A stretch of DNA of 64,000 bases from Patescibacteria group bacterium (GTDB lineage: Bacteria > Patescibacteriota > Minisyncoccia > UBA6257 > GWB1-50-10): the NCBI GenBank assembly GCA_040757555.1, contig JBFLWN010000002.1:19116-83115 (forward strand), written 5' to 3'. Made by a program: the position numbers and the translations under genes. This document shows positions 1 to 10,729 of the stretch, piece by piece (within the stretch, counting starts at the first letter, position 1; each line of letters opens with the position of its first letter). The notes under the pieces were generated by a model. That model did not search any database and was not told where the DNA came from. It saw only the letters and a list, made by a program, of their open reading frames with translations.

Positions 1-114
1 TTTAAATTATTTAAGCATTAAAGCTTTTCTAGAAACAAAATAACCTAAATTTGATGAAATGTCAAATAAAATTGAATTTTTTGCTTTTCTGAGCTATATT
101 TATCCGTGTTATAC

Positions 115-201
115 GGAGGGATCGCATAGTGGTCTAGTGCGCAGTCCTGGAAAGACTGTATGCCAGAAATGGCATCGAGGGTTCAAATCCCTCTCCCTCC
201 G
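115..201 (+). tRNA. tRNA-Ser (anticodon GGA), long variable arm, CCA not encoded
   Basis: GGAGGGA/TCCCTCC acceptor stem, CAGTC-CT-GGA-AA-GACTG anticodon arm, TGCCA-GAAA-TGGCA variable arm, GTTCAAATC T-loop. Confidence 0.97.
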
Positions 202-348
202 CAAATGTAAATTAAGTATATCTTTATGGTACGCTTAATTTATATATTTCGGATGAGGGATTTGAACGGAACTTTTATGCTCGCGGGGCGAGATAAAATA
301 AAAGTCCGTGGCTTCGGAGGAATCCGCTATAGGCGGATAAGGGAGAAG

Positions 349-368
349 AAATCCCTCTCCCTCCGCAA
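349..368 (+). repeat. 20-bp direct repeat of the tRNA-Ser 3' end (att-like)
   Basis: AAATCCCTCTCCCTCCGCAA identical at 185-204 and 349-368. Confidence 0.9.
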
Positions 369-372
369 CGAG

Positions 373-405
373 AAAAAAACCATCTCCTAAGAAAATGGTT
401 TTTTT
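373..405. terminator. Intrinsic terminator after the tRNA-Ser region
   Basis: AAAAAAACCAT...ATGGTTTTTTT inverted repeat. Confidence 0.6.
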
Positions 406-441
406 GACGATAAAATATGGTTTTATTGCTATAATTAATCA

Positions 442-1614
442 ATGAAGATACAGAAAGTATATATTGGGGGATGGTTTCAGAGAACTACACTTCACTTGAC
501 TGAACTTTGGCATTTTTTCAAAAATGGAAAATCCGAGATTGATTTTTCTCCGAGTGATATTGAAACATATAGAAAACAACTTTCTCTCATTGAGCTTTCG
601 CGTGAAAGCGGTCCACTTGAATATATTCTCGCGAAAACCTCAGTCGGAATAACGTTCCGAATATATGAAGACGGACTTATAATTCTTGAAAAAGATTTTT
701 CATCATTTGAAGAAGATTTTGCCGCAATAAAAACATATTATGACGAAAAACTCTCAAAGAGCATTTCGTTTATTTTCAGCAAAGGAGCACCGAATCCAAA
801 AGAACTTGCTAATATAAAATCGATTCTTCCATATATTATTACCGCACAAGGACTTTCAGACACTGAAATAAAAGATGTGTTTAAACATACGGACGAAGAG
901 GCTTACTCAACCACCTCAAGCAAAAAAACCGAGGTGTTCCGCGGAAAAGAACTTATCGTCATTAATAATCTCGAAAATGAAAATTTGGCGAGAGAAATTA
1001 TTGAATCAGAGATATTTTTCAGAGAATTTAAATCACAGCTTCACCGATACCTCGCTATACATCGGGCAGTGTGGGAAAAGATACAAAAAATAAAAGAAAA
1101 TGGAAATATAAAAGGAACAGACATTGATCCGCTGAGAAATCAACTTGCGATATATCAAAAAACCATCAATCTCATCGGAGCAAGAATTCAACAAATGCCC
1201 GCATATGTTCGCACGCGCCAAAAGACCGCTGATCTCCAAAAAATAGATGAATATCTCAAACCACTATTTCAATTTAAATTTGAAACACTCCTCGATACCC
1301 ATGAATATATAAAACATCTATGGACGATGACTCAGAATTATCTCGATTCCGCAGTGCAACAGTTTAACGAACTTCAGGCAAAAAGCACAAAAAACACCAT
1401 TTCTTCCCTCCAGCTCGTCACTACGATCGGGGTAGTTGCGGGAATTCTCGGATATCTTGGGAAAGATGCTCTTCCACAATTTACCTTCATTGGAATATTC
1501 TATTTCTGCCTCCTCTTATTCATGACGTGGGTGATCAATACGGTGATTTCAAAAATATATAAAAACAAAAAATACACGGTAAAAACCGGGGACTTGGAAA
1601 AAGACATAAAATAA
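442..1614 (+). CDS. Membrane protein with long soluble N-terminus and 2 C-terminal TM helices (CorA/RMD1-like architecture)
   Basis: 390-aa ORF; hydrophobic segments near C-terminus; TATAAT 6 nt before ATG. Confidence 0.6.
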   Translation: MKIQKVYIGGWFQRTTLHLTELWHFFKNGKSEIDFSPSDIETYRKQLSLIELSRESGPLEYILAKTSVGITFRIYEDGLIILEKDFSSFEEDFAAIKTYYDEKLSKSISFIFSKGAPNPKELANIKSILPYIITAQGLSDTEIKDVFKHTDEEAYSTTSSKKTEVFRGKELIVINNLENENLAREIIESEIFFREFKSQLHRYLAIHRAVWEKIQKIKENGNIKGTDIDPLRNQLAIYQKTINLIGARIQQMPAYVRTRQKTADLQKIDEYLKPLFQFKFETLLDTHEYIKHLWTMTQNYLDSAVQQFNELQAKSTKNTISSLQLVTTIGVVAGILGYLGKDALPQFTFIGIFYFCLLLFMTWVINTVISKIYKNKKYTVKTGDLEKDIK

Positions 1615-1615
1615 T

Positions 1616-3127
1616 ATGGAAGAAAATAAAATAACAATAGGGGAGTTAGGGTATAGGGAAAGCGAGGAAAAATATAGGGCCCTCTTTGAATCATCAAGCG
1701 ATGCTATTATGTTACTTACCAGCGATCAATTTCTTGACTGTAACCCAGCCACATTGAAAATGTTTGGTTGTAAATCCCGTGATGAATTTTTAGGAAAACA
1801 CCCTGGACAAGTTTCACCTCAATTCCAACCAAATGGGCGCGATTCATATGAAAATGCAAATGAACACATTGCAAATGCATTCAAAAACGGAAAAGAATCA
1901 TTCGAATGGATGCATCGCCGTGTAGACGGAACCGATTTTCCGGCGGAAGTTTTATTAACACCGATAAAATTTGAAAATCAGCCCATATTGCAAGCAACCG
2001 TACGCGATATCACAGAACGAAAACAAGCCGAAGAAGCGCTCCGTGAATCGAAAGCCCCTACCGAAACGATTGTAGAACACATTCCCCTTATGATTTTTCT
2101 AAAAGAAGCAAAAAACCTAAATTTTGTTCTCTTTAACCGTGCAGGAGAAGATCTTCTCGGATATAGCCGAGATAATTTAATTGGCAAAAATGATACAGAT
2201 TTTTTTCCCCCACGAGAAGCAGCTTTTTTTATGGCCAAGGATCGAGAAGTAATGAATGGAATGTCTGACGTTTTGGATATTCCGGAAGAATCTATTACAA
2301 CTCTCAAAAGGGGCCAGCGACTCCTTCATACAAAAAAAATATGCATAAGAGGGAAGGATGGAGTTACCAAATATTTAATGGGAATCTCCGAAGACATTAC
2401 TGAACGCAAAAAAGCAGAAGAGCATCTCAAGGAACTCAACGATGTTCGTAGTAAATTTATTTCAATTATTTCCCATCAATTGAGAACTCCTCTCACCGCC
2501 ATAAATTGGAATCTCGAAGCGATCCTCGAAGGAGATTTCGGTAAATTGGATGAGACAACGCATAAGTTTTTGCAAATTACCCACAAAGAAAGCGTAGAGA
2601 TGGCTCGACGTATTAACGATCTGCTCATCACTATTGATATAGAAGAAGGACGCATGGTGCTCGAAAAAGAGGAGATAAATCTTGAAAGCATCGTCGGAGA
2701 GATAGTGGCAGAAATGATGAAAAAATGTGCACTCAAAAATATCACGTGTCGATATATTGCCCCAACGGTAGACATTCCCGCCATTGACGGCGATGGTGAA
2801 AAGATCAGAACGGTGATCATTAAACTAATGGAAAATGCAGTTGCCTACACAAAGGACGATGGAAAAATTAGCATAAAACTTGAAATGGAAAACGATATGA
2901 TCCGCTTTGAAGTGAAAGATAACGGGGTCGGAATTCCTACGCACGAGCAACACCATATATTTACGCGTTTTTTTCGTGCATCAAACGCCTCAATTATGCA
3001 AACAGATGCATTTGGTCTTGGATTATTCATTGCAAAAAGTTTTGTTGAACAACATGGGGGAAAAATTGGATGCGAAAGTAAAGAAGGAGAGGGAAGTGTA
3101 TTCTGGTTTAAAATACCTTATCGATAA
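1616..3127 (+). CDS. PAS-PAS sensor histidine kinase
   Basis: Two PAS/PAC repeats ending DITERK; H-box SHQLRTPLT; N box ENAVAYT; G boxes DNGVGI and GLGLFI. Confidence 0.95.
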   Translation: MEENKITIGELGYRESEEKYRALFESSSDAIMLLTSDQFLDCNPATLKMFGCKSRDEFLGKHPGQVSPQFQPNGRDSYENANEHIANAFKNGKESFEWMHRRVDGTDFPAEVLLTPIKFENQPILQATVRDITERKQAEEALRESKAPTETIVEHIPLMIFLKEAKNLNFVLFNRAGEDLLGYSRDNLIGKNDTDFFPPREAAFFMAKDREVMNGMSDVLDIPEESITTLKRGQRLLHTKKICIRGKDGVTKYLMGISEDITERKKAEEHLKELNDVRSKFISIISHQLRTPLTAINWNLEAILEGDFGKLDETTHKFLQITHKESVEMARRINDLLITIDIEEGRMVLEKEEINLESIVGEIVAEMMKKCALKNITCRYIAPTVDIPAIDGDGEKIRTVIIKLMENAVAYTKDDGKISIKLEMENDMIRFEVKDNGVGIPTHEQHHIFTRFFRASNASIMQTDAFGLGLFIAKSFVEQHGGKIGCESKEGEGSVFWFKIPYR

Positions 3128-3144
3128 AAGAAATCAAAAATCCC

Positions 3145-3804
3145 TCAATGAGAGGGATTTTTCTTTTTAAACGAGAATTTTGGTTCTGTCCCATTTTGCA
3201 GGCGTGCGAGATTTTTTCGATGCGTCCAGAGCACAACAAGAAATACCGTGGAAGAAAAACAAAACACAGAAATATGTAAATCATAGAACAAGCGCAACAC
3301 GAGTGATCCACACACTACGGAAATAATCGAGGAAATTGATGCAACAGACATATATTCCGTAGAAACGAGAAATATCAGAAAAGCGGGGATTCCAATCAAA
3401 AGCACGATCGGTGCCATTCCTATAATTGCCCCAAGTGCAGTTGCAATACCTTTTCCTCCCGTAAATCCAAAAAACGGGGAAAATACATTTCCAAGAACAA
3501 CTGAAATGGCAAATAAACACTTGAAGAAATCAAATGAAACATATGAATTTGGAATGTATTCCAAAAAACTTGAATACATAAGAGCGGAAAGATATGCGAC
3601 CACAATAAATGATTTTGAGATATCTATCAGTAATGTGAACACTCCATACTTCCATCCAAGTATTCGACTCATGTTTGTTGCACCCGGATTTCCACTTCCT
3701 AATGACCGTATATTTACTCTCTTAAGCCGAGAAATTATTCCTCCTGACGGTACTCCTAAACAAAACGGGAGCAGACAATAAAGACATATAAGTACAATGT
3801 CCAT
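3145..3804 (-). CDS. plsY: Glycerol-3-phosphate acyltransferase PlsY-like
   Basis: GSGNPGATN, GGKGIAT and HRKNLARL motifs; multi-TM. Confidence 0.88.
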   Translation of the reverse strand: MDIVLICLYCLLPFCLGVPSGGIISRLKRVNIRSLGSGNPGATNMSRILGWKYGVFTLLIDISKSFIVVAYLSALMYSSFLEYIPNSYVSFDFFKCLFAISVVLGNVFSPFFGFTGGKGIATALGAIIGMAPIVLLIGIPAFLIFLVSTEYMSVASISSIISVVCGSLVLRLFYDLHISVFCFSSTVFLVVLWTHRKNLARLQNGTEPKFSFKKKNPSH

Positions 3805-3895
3805 GAAGCCTCCTTTGTTAAATAAAACTGGTTTTAATTTTATAAGGAATAATGGTCATTTTCAATAGACGTTTTTCGTGATACACTGAGTCGTA

Positions 3896-4429
3896 ATGAC
3901 GGCAAAAGAAAGAAAAAATAAGCCACCAGTAGGGGTTTCAATACGGGCAACACAATGGATCGGTACTTCCGCATCCCTCATTGTTCACACCATTGTTTTC
4001 ATAATTGCGATTGCACTTCCATATCTCGGAATAGTCCCCATGGACGAAGTTCTCCTTATTCTTACCACACTCGTTTCTCTTGAGGCGATTTATCTCGCAA
4101 TTTTTATTCAAATGTCGGTAAATAGACAAAATGAAAGTCTTGAAGAGGTTGAAAAAGATATTGATGAGATTCAGGAAGATGTGGAAGAAATCAGCACCGA
4201 TGTTGATGAGGTCTCAAAAGATATTGATGAGATTCAGGAAGATGTCGATGAAATTTCAAAAGATATTGATGAAATTCAGGAAGATGTCGATGAAATTTCA
4301 AAAGATATTGATGAAATTCAGGATGATGAGGAAATGGAAGTACATACAAAAACCACGCTCGAAAAAATAGAACAGGGTATCAAACAGCTTTCGATTGAAA
4401 TAGAAAAACTGAAAGCGGAAGAAAAATAA
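3896..4429 (+). CDS. DUF1003-like membrane protein with acidic heptad-repeat coiled coil
   Basis: Two TM helices, SLEAIYLAIFIQMSVNR motif, repeated KDIDEIQEDVDEIS. Confidence 0.7.
   Translation: MTAKERKNKPPVGVSIRATQWIGTSASLIVHTIVFIIAIALPYLGIVPMDEVLLILTTLVSLEAIYLAIFIQMSVNRQNESLEEVEKDIDEIQEDVEEISTDVDEVSKDIDEIQEDVDEISKDIDEIQEDVDEISKDIDEIQDDEEMEVHTKTTLEKIEQGIKQLSIEIEKLKAEEK
4154..4325 (+). repeat. Coding tandem repeat, 21/42-bp unit
   Basis: AAAGATATTGATGARATTCAGGAAGATGTCGATGAAATTTCA repeated about 3.5 times. Confidence 0.9.
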
Positions 4430-4435
4430 CGTTCT

Positions 4436-6157
4436 ATGGTAAAAGAAACCGATCTTATAAAAAACAAACTCGAGATTGTCGAGTTTTTACGTTCGTACTT
4501 GAACTTATCTCCTGCCGGAAGAAATTTTAAAGCAGTATGCCCCTTCCATCACGAAAAAACCCCATCACTCATTGTGTCACCCGAAAAGCAAATTTGGCAC
4601 TGCTTTGGATGTGGTGAAGGAGGAGATATTATCAAATTTGTCATGAAATATGACAACCTTGAATTTCCCGAAGTACTCCGCTTTCTTGCGGAAAAAGCGG
4701 GAATTCCACTTCAACATTTAAATCCGGCGCAACAAAAAGAATACGGAATATTATATGACATCCATGTTGTCGCAACCGAGTTTTTTCAAAAACAACTTGA
4801 AAAAAACGAACAGGCACTCGCATACCTAAAGAAAAGAAAATTAAATGACGACACCATAAAAGAATTTCAAATCGGATACGCTATGGGAGGGGAATCACTC
4901 ACCCTCCATCTTTTGAAGCATGATTTCGATATCAACGACATATCAAAATCCGGATTGATATACAAAAACAACCGTGGATTGTTCCGTGATCGATTTGAAG
5001 AACGTATTGTATTCCCAATACACAACACCGTAGAAAAAGTGGTGGCATTTACCGGACGCTATATGGGAGAACGTACCGATGCACCAAAATATTTAAATTC
5101 TCCCGAAACCCCAATTTTTAATAAATCCCGAGTGTTATACGGATTTCATAAATCAAAGCATGAGATTACGAGATTGAATTCCGCATTTCTTGTCGAAGGA
5201 CAAATGGATTTTTTGATGGCCTGGCAATCGGGAGTCAAAAATGGAATTGCGGTATCCGGAACGGGGCTTACGCGACAGCACTTGGAAAAAATTCGCCGTG
5301 GAGCGGATACTATTATCGTAAGTTTTGATAATGATGCCGCGGGCCTCACCGCACTTGAGCGAAGTTTTGAAATATTTTCGGAATTTGATTTTCATATGAA
5401 GGCAATTCAGTTGGGGAAATATAAAGATCCTGCGGAAGCATGCGAAGAAAATCCGACATTTTTGGCAAAAGCAATAGAACATGCAAAACCCGCATTTTCA
5501 TATCTCCTCGATCATTATTTTGGAAAGGATGAAGAAAAACAAAATGATATTGCAGAGACAAAAAAAATAACCATGCATCTATTGGAAAAGGTAAGTAAGG
5601 TAAAAAGCGGAATTGAACAAAATATCCTCATAAAAGATCTCGCACGAATAACGGGAACACGAGAAGATATACTGAGTGTCGAACTCCAAGAAGTAAAACG
5701 GAAACAAGAAGAAAAAAATGAAGGGAAAGAAGAAAAGAAAGAAGTAAAATATCCAATAGGGGAACCCGCCACTCCGTCGCGAGTAAAACTCATCAGTGAA
5801 CGCCTTCTCGCGCTGGCATTTACTAATGAAGAACTCTGGGGTATAGTGAAGTCAGAAAAAGAGCTTATTGCTCATGAATACAGACCCGTATTGGAAAATC
5901 CGGACTCCGAACAAGCGTCGATTTTTAAGATGCGGGGGAGCTATGAATTTTCGGACACATCTCCCAAGGTATTAAAAAAGGAATTTGATGATTTAATTTC
6001 ATATCTACGGCTCGAAGATATGAAACAAAAACAACTTGAGATACAGAAAAAATTAAAACTCGCCGAACGAAAAAACGACGAAGAACAAATTAAAGCATGC
6101 CTGCAGGAGTTTGATTCAATAGTAAAAAAAATACACGAACTCAAATCAAAAATATGA
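4436..6157 (+). CDS. dnaG: DNA primase
   Basis: [10 protein letters not shown]...CFGC zinc finger, [24 protein letters not shown]. Confidence 0.98.
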   Translation: MVKETDLIKNKLEIVEFLRSYLNLSPAGRNFKAVCPFHHEKTPSLIVSPEKQIWHCFGCGEGGDIIKFVMKYDNLEFPEVLRFLAEKAGIPLQHLNPAQQKEYGILYDIHVVATEFFQKQLEKNEQALAYLKKRKLNDDTIKEFQIGYAMGGESLTLHLLKHDFDINDISKSGLIYKNNRGLFRDRFEERIVFPIHNTVEKVVAFTGRYMGERTDAPKYLNSPETPIFNKSRVLYGFHKSKHEITRLNSAFLVEGQMDFLMAWQSGVKNGIAVSGTGLTRQHLEKIRRGADTIIVSFDNDAAGLTALERSFEIFSEFDFHMKAIQLGKYKDPAEACEENPTFLAKAIEHAKPAFSYLLDHYFGKDEEKQNDIAETKKITMHLLEKVSKVKSGIEQNILIKDLARITGTREDILSVELQEVKRKQEEKNEGKEEKKEVKYPIGEPATPSRVKLISERLLALAFTNEELWGIVKSEKELIAHEYRPVLENPDSEQASIFKMRGSYEFSDTSPKVLKKEFDDLISYLRLEDMKQKQLEIQKKLKLAERKNDEEQIKACLQEFDSIVKKIHELKSKI

Positions 6158-7338
6158 TGAAGAAAAAAATAAAAAAGGCGGTGAAAAAAACTAAGGAAAA
6201 AGTAAAAAAAACAGTTCATTCATCAAAAAAACCGGTAGTAAGCAAAAAAATTCTTGAAATAGAGGAAGAATACAATAAGTCACTTGAGGAGTTAGTGCGT
6301 CGCGGACGAACACGAAGTTTTGTCACCGATGCCGAAGTACTGAATTACTTTCCGGATATTGAAAAACACGTAAACTACCTTGAACACGTCTATAATCGTC
6401 TCGAAAAAGAAGGGATAAAAGTAAAATCACCGACCACCTCACTCATCAAATCCGAACACGAAGAAATTACCGTGAGTGAACTCAGAGATGCAACTCGCAT
6501 CGATCAAAATCTTCCTGACGCAGTACAAATGTATTTGAAAGAAATCGGAAGAACTCCACTTTTAAATTCAAAAGAAGAGAAGGAACTTGCAAAGAAAATC
6601 GAAAAAGGAGATGAAATATCGAGAAAAAAATTAATCCAGGCAAACCTTCGTCTCGTGGTATCCATCGCAAAGCGATATGTAAACCGTTCGCCGCATTTGA
6701 GTATTCTTGATCTTGTACAAGAAGGAAATATTGGACTTTCCCGTGCGGTTGATAAATTCGACTATCACAAAGGATTTAAATTCTCGACATATGCCACATG
6801 GTGGATCCGTCAGGCAATCACTCGTGCACTCGCTGACTACTCACGTACTATCCGTATTCCTGTGCACATGGTTGAAACCATCACGAAATATACACAAATA
6901 CGACGCAAGTTGATGCAGGAACTTGGACGTGAAGCGCTTCCGGAAGAAATTGCGAACGAAATGGGAATGAATGTCGAAAAGATTCATTACATTCAGAAAA
7001 TTTCACAGGAAGTTATTTCACTTGAAGCTCCAGTGGGGGACGATGATGAAGATTCAATGCTTGCCGATTTTATCAAAGATGAAACAAGCTTGAGCCCCGA
7101 TCAGCTCGCAAATCAAGCATTGCTCCGTGATTACATTAAAGAAGTATTGGTTGATTTAACCGAACGCGAAAGAAAAATTCTCGCAATGCGTTTTGGACTT
7201 GATGACAACATTTCACACACACTGGAAGAAGTAGGGAAGGTGTTCGGAGTTACTCGTGAACGTATCCGTCAAATTGAAGCAAAAGCGCTCGAGAAAATCA
7301 GAAATCATCACAAGATAAAGAAACTGGAAGGATATTAA
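6154..7338 (+). CDS. rpoD: Primary sigma factor RpoD/SigA
   Basis: [33 protein letters not shown]; follows dnaG. Confidence 0.97.
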   Translation: MMKKKIKKAVKKTKEKVKKTVHSSKKPVVSKKILEIEEEYNKSLEELVRRGRTRSFVTDAEVLNYFPDIEKHVNYLEHVYNRLEKEGIKVKSPTTSLIKSEHEEITVSELRDATRIDQNLPDAVQMYLKEIGRTPLLNSKEEKELAKKIEKGDEISRKKLIQANLRLVVSIAKRYVNRSPHLSILDLVQEGNIGLSRAVDKFDYHKGFKFSTYATWWIRQAITRALADYSRTIRIPVHMVETITKYTQIRRKLMQELGREALPEEIANEMGMNVEKIHYIQKISQEVISLEAPVGDDDEDSMLADFIKDETSLSPDQLANQALLRDYIKEVLVDLTERERKILAMRFGLDDNISHTLEEVGKVFGVTRERIRQIEAKALEKIRNHHKIKKLEGY

Positions 7339-7341
7339 ACA

Positions 7342-7368
7342 AAAAAACTCCCTTTTTGGGGAGTTTTT
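7342..7368. terminator. Bidirectional terminator
   Basis: AAAAAACTCCC-TTTTG-GGGAGTTTTT type hairpin between convergent genes. Confidence 0.8.
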
Positions 7369-7373
7369 AATTT

Positions 7374-7634
7374 TTAGACCAAAATTTTTCCTAAATCATC
7401 GCAAATAATAAGGAATGATTTGGATAGAGAACCACAAGAATTTCCAAAATATGGAGAAGGAACCATCGAAATAATTTTTACTCTTTCCTTTTCTTGGAGC
7501 TCATTCAATGCTAATTCAATTCCTTTAGTATTATTTTCCATAATAGATACAATCTCATGGTCTGGGGACAGGGATTCGAGTGATTCTTTTATAGAAATAT
7601 GAGAATTAATACTAAGTCCATATATCTTTACCAT
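7374..7634 (-). CDS. Hypothetical protein (86 aa), SD-led cassette gene
   Basis: GAGGT SD before ATG at 7634; TTGACA at 7696-7691. Confidence 0.7.
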   Translation of the reverse strand: MVKIYGLSINSHISIKESLESLSPDHEIVSIMENNTKGIELALNELQEKERVKIISMVPSPYFGNSCGSLSKSFLIICDDLGKILV

Positions 7635-7747
7635 ATTTACCTCAAAAAAGTTAATAAGCTGAATCCATATTAACAACCAATTATTTAGTATGTCAAGGTT
7701 CAAAGATACAACAAAATCATATAAAATATCGATATAATTCAGTATTT

Positions 7748-9517
7748 ATGAGAACGACGGAAGAAATAAGAAAACTCTATCTGGAATTTTTTAAATCAAA
7801 GGGACATACCATAATCCCTTCGGCGTCTTTAATTCCGGAAAATGATCCATCCGTACTTTTTACCACTGCCGGCATGCATCCACTTGTGCCATATCTTTTA
7901 GGTGAACCGCATCCGGGAGGAAATAAAATCACTTCGTGCCAAAAATGTATTCGTACGGGAGATATTGATGAAGTGGGAGATGCAACACACCTCACATTTT
8001 TTGAAATGCTCGGAAACTGGAGTTTGGGAAATGTGTACTGGAAAAAAGAAGCGATTGAAATGAGTTTCGAATTTTTAACTTCAAAACAATGGCTTGGTTT
8101 GAATAAAGAAAAAATTGCGGTTTCGGTATTTCAAGGCGATGAAGACGCACCATTCGATCAGGAAGCTTTTGATATATGGAAGTCCATGGGAATTTCAGAA
8201 AAAAGAATTGCAAAACTTCCGAAGAAAAATAATTGGTGGGGACCTGCCGGAGAAACTGGCCCCTGCGGACCCGATACGGAAATGTTTTATTGGACAGGTA
8301 ATCCAAACGAAGTTCCGGAATCATTTAATGATGATAATGTGCTTTGGGTTGAAATCTGGAATGACGTCTTCATGCAGTACAATAAAACGAGAGATGGAAT
8401 ATACGAACCACTGAAACAAAAAAATGTTGATACGGGAATGGGACTTGAACGCACGGTGGCAGTATTAAACAATTGTGACGTATATCTTATTGATACATTT
8501 AAACCAATTATTAAAAGAATCGAAAAATTATCGGGAAAGAAATATGGTTCCGATGAAAACATCACACGATCAATACGGATTATCGCCGACCATGTACGTG
8601 CAGCGGTGTTTATCTCGGGTGATGAACGGGGGATTATTCCGTCAAACGTAGGTCAAGGATATGTGCTCCGCAAACTTGTGAGAAGAACAGTGAGATACGG
8701 AAAAAAAATCGGGATCGAAAAAAAGTTTATAAAGGAAATCACTGAAGAGGTTATTCAAATATTTAAACACGTGTATCCGGAATTTGAGAAGAATAAAGGA
8801 AGAATTACCGAAGAAATGGAAAAGGAAGAAGAAAAGTTCGCGATAGCACTTGAAAAAGGACTTCGTGAATTCGAAAAACTCTCTTCAATAGATGGAAAAA
8901 TTGCCTTTGATCTTTATCAATCATATGGTTTTCCTATTGAACTTACTGAGGAATTATCAAAAGAAAAGGGATTGGAGATAAATAAAAAAGAATTTGAAAA
9001 TGAATTTAAAAAACACCAAGAACTTTCCCGTACTGCCTCTGCGGGTGCATTCAAGGGAGGACTCGCGGATCATTCCGAAGAAGTCATAAAGTATCACACC
9101 GCGACACACCTACTCCATAAAGCACTTCGCGAAGTACTTGGTGAACACGTGGAGCAAAGGGGGAGTAATTTAACTGCGGAACGCCTTCGATTTGATTTTT
9201 CCCATCAGGCAAAAATGACCCCAGAAGAACTCTTGAGAGTTGAAAAAATAGTGAACGAAAAAATACAGGAAGACTTTCCCGTGCGTTTTGAGATGCTCAC
9301 CGTTGAAGAAGCAAAAAAGAGGGGCGCAATTGGTCTTTTTGAAAACAAATACGCAACACTCGGAGAAAAAGTAAAAGTATATTCCATTGGAGACTATTCA
9401 ACAGAAATTTGTGGTGGGCCACATGTTGAACATACTGGGCAGATTGGGAAGTTTAAAATTACCAAAGAGGAAGCAGTAGCAGCAGGGATACGAAGAATAA
9501 AAGCAGTAGTAACGTGA
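7748..9517 (+). CDS. alaS: Alanine--tRNA ligase, short form lacking C-Ala domain
   Basis: FTTAGM, HLTFFEMLGN, DTGMGLER, HTATHLLH, ICGGPHV; ends at GIRRIKAVV. Confidence 0.97.
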   Translation: MRTTEEIRKLYLEFFKSKGHTIIPSASLIPENDPSVLFTTAGMHPLVPYLLGEPHPGGNKITSCQKCIRTGDIDEVGDATHLTFFEMLGNWSLGNVYWKKEAIEMSFEFLTSKQWLGLNKEKIAVSVFQGDEDAPFDQEAFDIWKSMGISEKRIAKLPKKNNWWGPAGETGPCGPDTEMFYWTGNPNEVPESFNDDNVLWVEIWNDVFMQYNKTRDGIYEPLKQKNVDTGMGLERTVAVLNNCDVYLIDTFKPIIKRIEKLSGKKYGSDENITRSIRIIADHVRAAVFISGDERGIIPSNVGQGYVLRKLVRRTVRYGKKIGIEKKFIKEITEEVIQIFKHVYPEFEKNKGRITEEMEKEEEKFAIALEKGLREFEKLSSIDGKIAFDLYQSYGFPIELTEELSKEKGLEINKKEFENEFKKHQELSRTASAGAFKGGLADHSEEVIKYHTATHLLHKALREVLGEHVEQRGSNLTAERLRFDFSHQAKMTPEELLRVEKIVNEKIQEDFPVRFEMLTVEEAKKRGAIGLFENKYATLGEKVKVYSIGDYSTEICGGPHVEHTGQIGKFKITKEEAVAAGIRRIKAVVT

Positions 9518-9550
9518 TAAGAAAACTAGTGATATAATAATATCATCACA

Positions 9551-10720
9551 GTGAAAAAAAATATTTTTGAATTTATGAGAAAAACGCTCGCCATGCTCCG
9601 TGGCGAATATTGTGTCGTACTCAGAAAAACAGAAACCGGATTGGAAATTATTGAAGGATTTATAAAAGAAGGCGGAAAAACGCTCAAAATATTCAACAAA
9701 ATATCGGGATCGAACATACAGGAATTTAAAAAACCACTTCTCAAAGCGGATCGGCTCATTTGCGGACTTGATTCAAAATCAGCAACCACACTAAAAGATT
9801 TTGTGGAGGTGAAGAGAAATAAGAAAGAAGAGCACATCACCGAACGCGAACTCGAGCACCTCATCTTTCAAGGACTTTGGAATTTTTTAAACTTGAATCG
9901 TCCGTGGATTGCCCAAAAAATGAAAACAAAAGAAAGTGATCTTATTCTCGCACACATAGAAATCGTGAGTATCGAACTTGATGGAAATAAGGTTATTAAT
10001 CCAACAGAATTTCCTGGAGAAACAGTTTCGTTCTGTTTTCAATGTACATTCATCCCGCGTGAAATAATGCCCCTCATGGAAACCCTCCGCATGTGGTCTC
10101 AAAATATGACCACATGCGAAGAAGGCGCAGCACTCTCATATTTTATGCTCGGCGACGAAATTGATGTCACCGCGTTTTGCCGCGAAGAATCGACCGAAAT
10201 CTTCTTCGCTGGAGAACGGAAAGTCTCTTATATTGACGAGATTCCTCTTGGGATGAAACATCTCTCATCATTTCTTGTGGAAAAATTTGGAGTAGGCCCC
10301 GATGTTGCGGAAGAACTGGTGGTATACTACACACAGCACGGAGTGTCGAGACACGTGGAACACTTTTTCAAAGAACAGTTTAACGGATTTGTTTCTGATC
10401 TATTTTTGGGAATTGAGACTATACTCGCAAAAAATAAAAAATCAAAAACAGAAAAAGAAAAAAGAAAACCAACCATCCATCTAAATTTCAAAAACGCAAT
10501 CACTGAACCTCATCGGTTACTCAATAAAAACATAAAAGGAACAATAAATTTACTTGAACAAAAATTGTATCATATGGATTTTTTGATTCTCCCCGAAGAA
10601 GAAAAAACCAACATATCAATTATTGGGCTTTTTCTTTATCCGTTCTCACAAAAAAAACTGGAATTTGCAAATCAATTACTTCACCGTCGAGCAAAATGGC
10701 TTATTGCCAATATTTCATAA
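9551..10720 (+). CDS. Divergent FtsA/actin-like protein
   Basis: SHS2-like segment (IELDGNKVINP) and IPLGMKHLS...L...FGV...AEEL motif; phosphate motifs degenerate. Confidence 0.5.
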   Translation: MKKNIFEFMRKTLAMLRGEYCVVLRKTETGLEIIEGFIKEGGKTLKIFNKISGSNIQEFKKPLLKADRLICGLDSKSATTLKDFVEVKRNKKEEHITERELEHLIFQGLWNFLNLNRPWIAQKMKTKESDLILAHIEIVSIELDGNKVINPTEFPGETVSFCFQCTFIPREIMPLMETLRMWSQNMTTCEEGAALSYFMLGDEIDVTAFCREESTEIFFAGERKVSYIDEIPLGMKHLSSFLVEKFGVGPDVAEELVVYYTQHGVSRHVEHFFKEQFNGFVSDLFLGIETILAKNKKSKTEKEKRKPTIHLNFKNAITEPHRLLNKNIKGTINLLEQKLYHMDFLILPEEEKTNISIIGLFLYPFSQKKLEFANQLLHRRAKWLIANIS

Positions 10721-10729
10721 CATATCCAT

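Noticed and set aside
4154-4325. Repeat as a CRISPR array or DGR template/variable pair
   Set aside because: In-frame coding tandem repeat with no unique spacers, and no reverse transcriptase in the window.
7748-9517. alaS as a truncated pseudogene or TGA recoding (code 25)
   Set aside because: Catalytic and editing motifs are intact, TGA is followed immediately by TAA, and other genes are full length under code 11.
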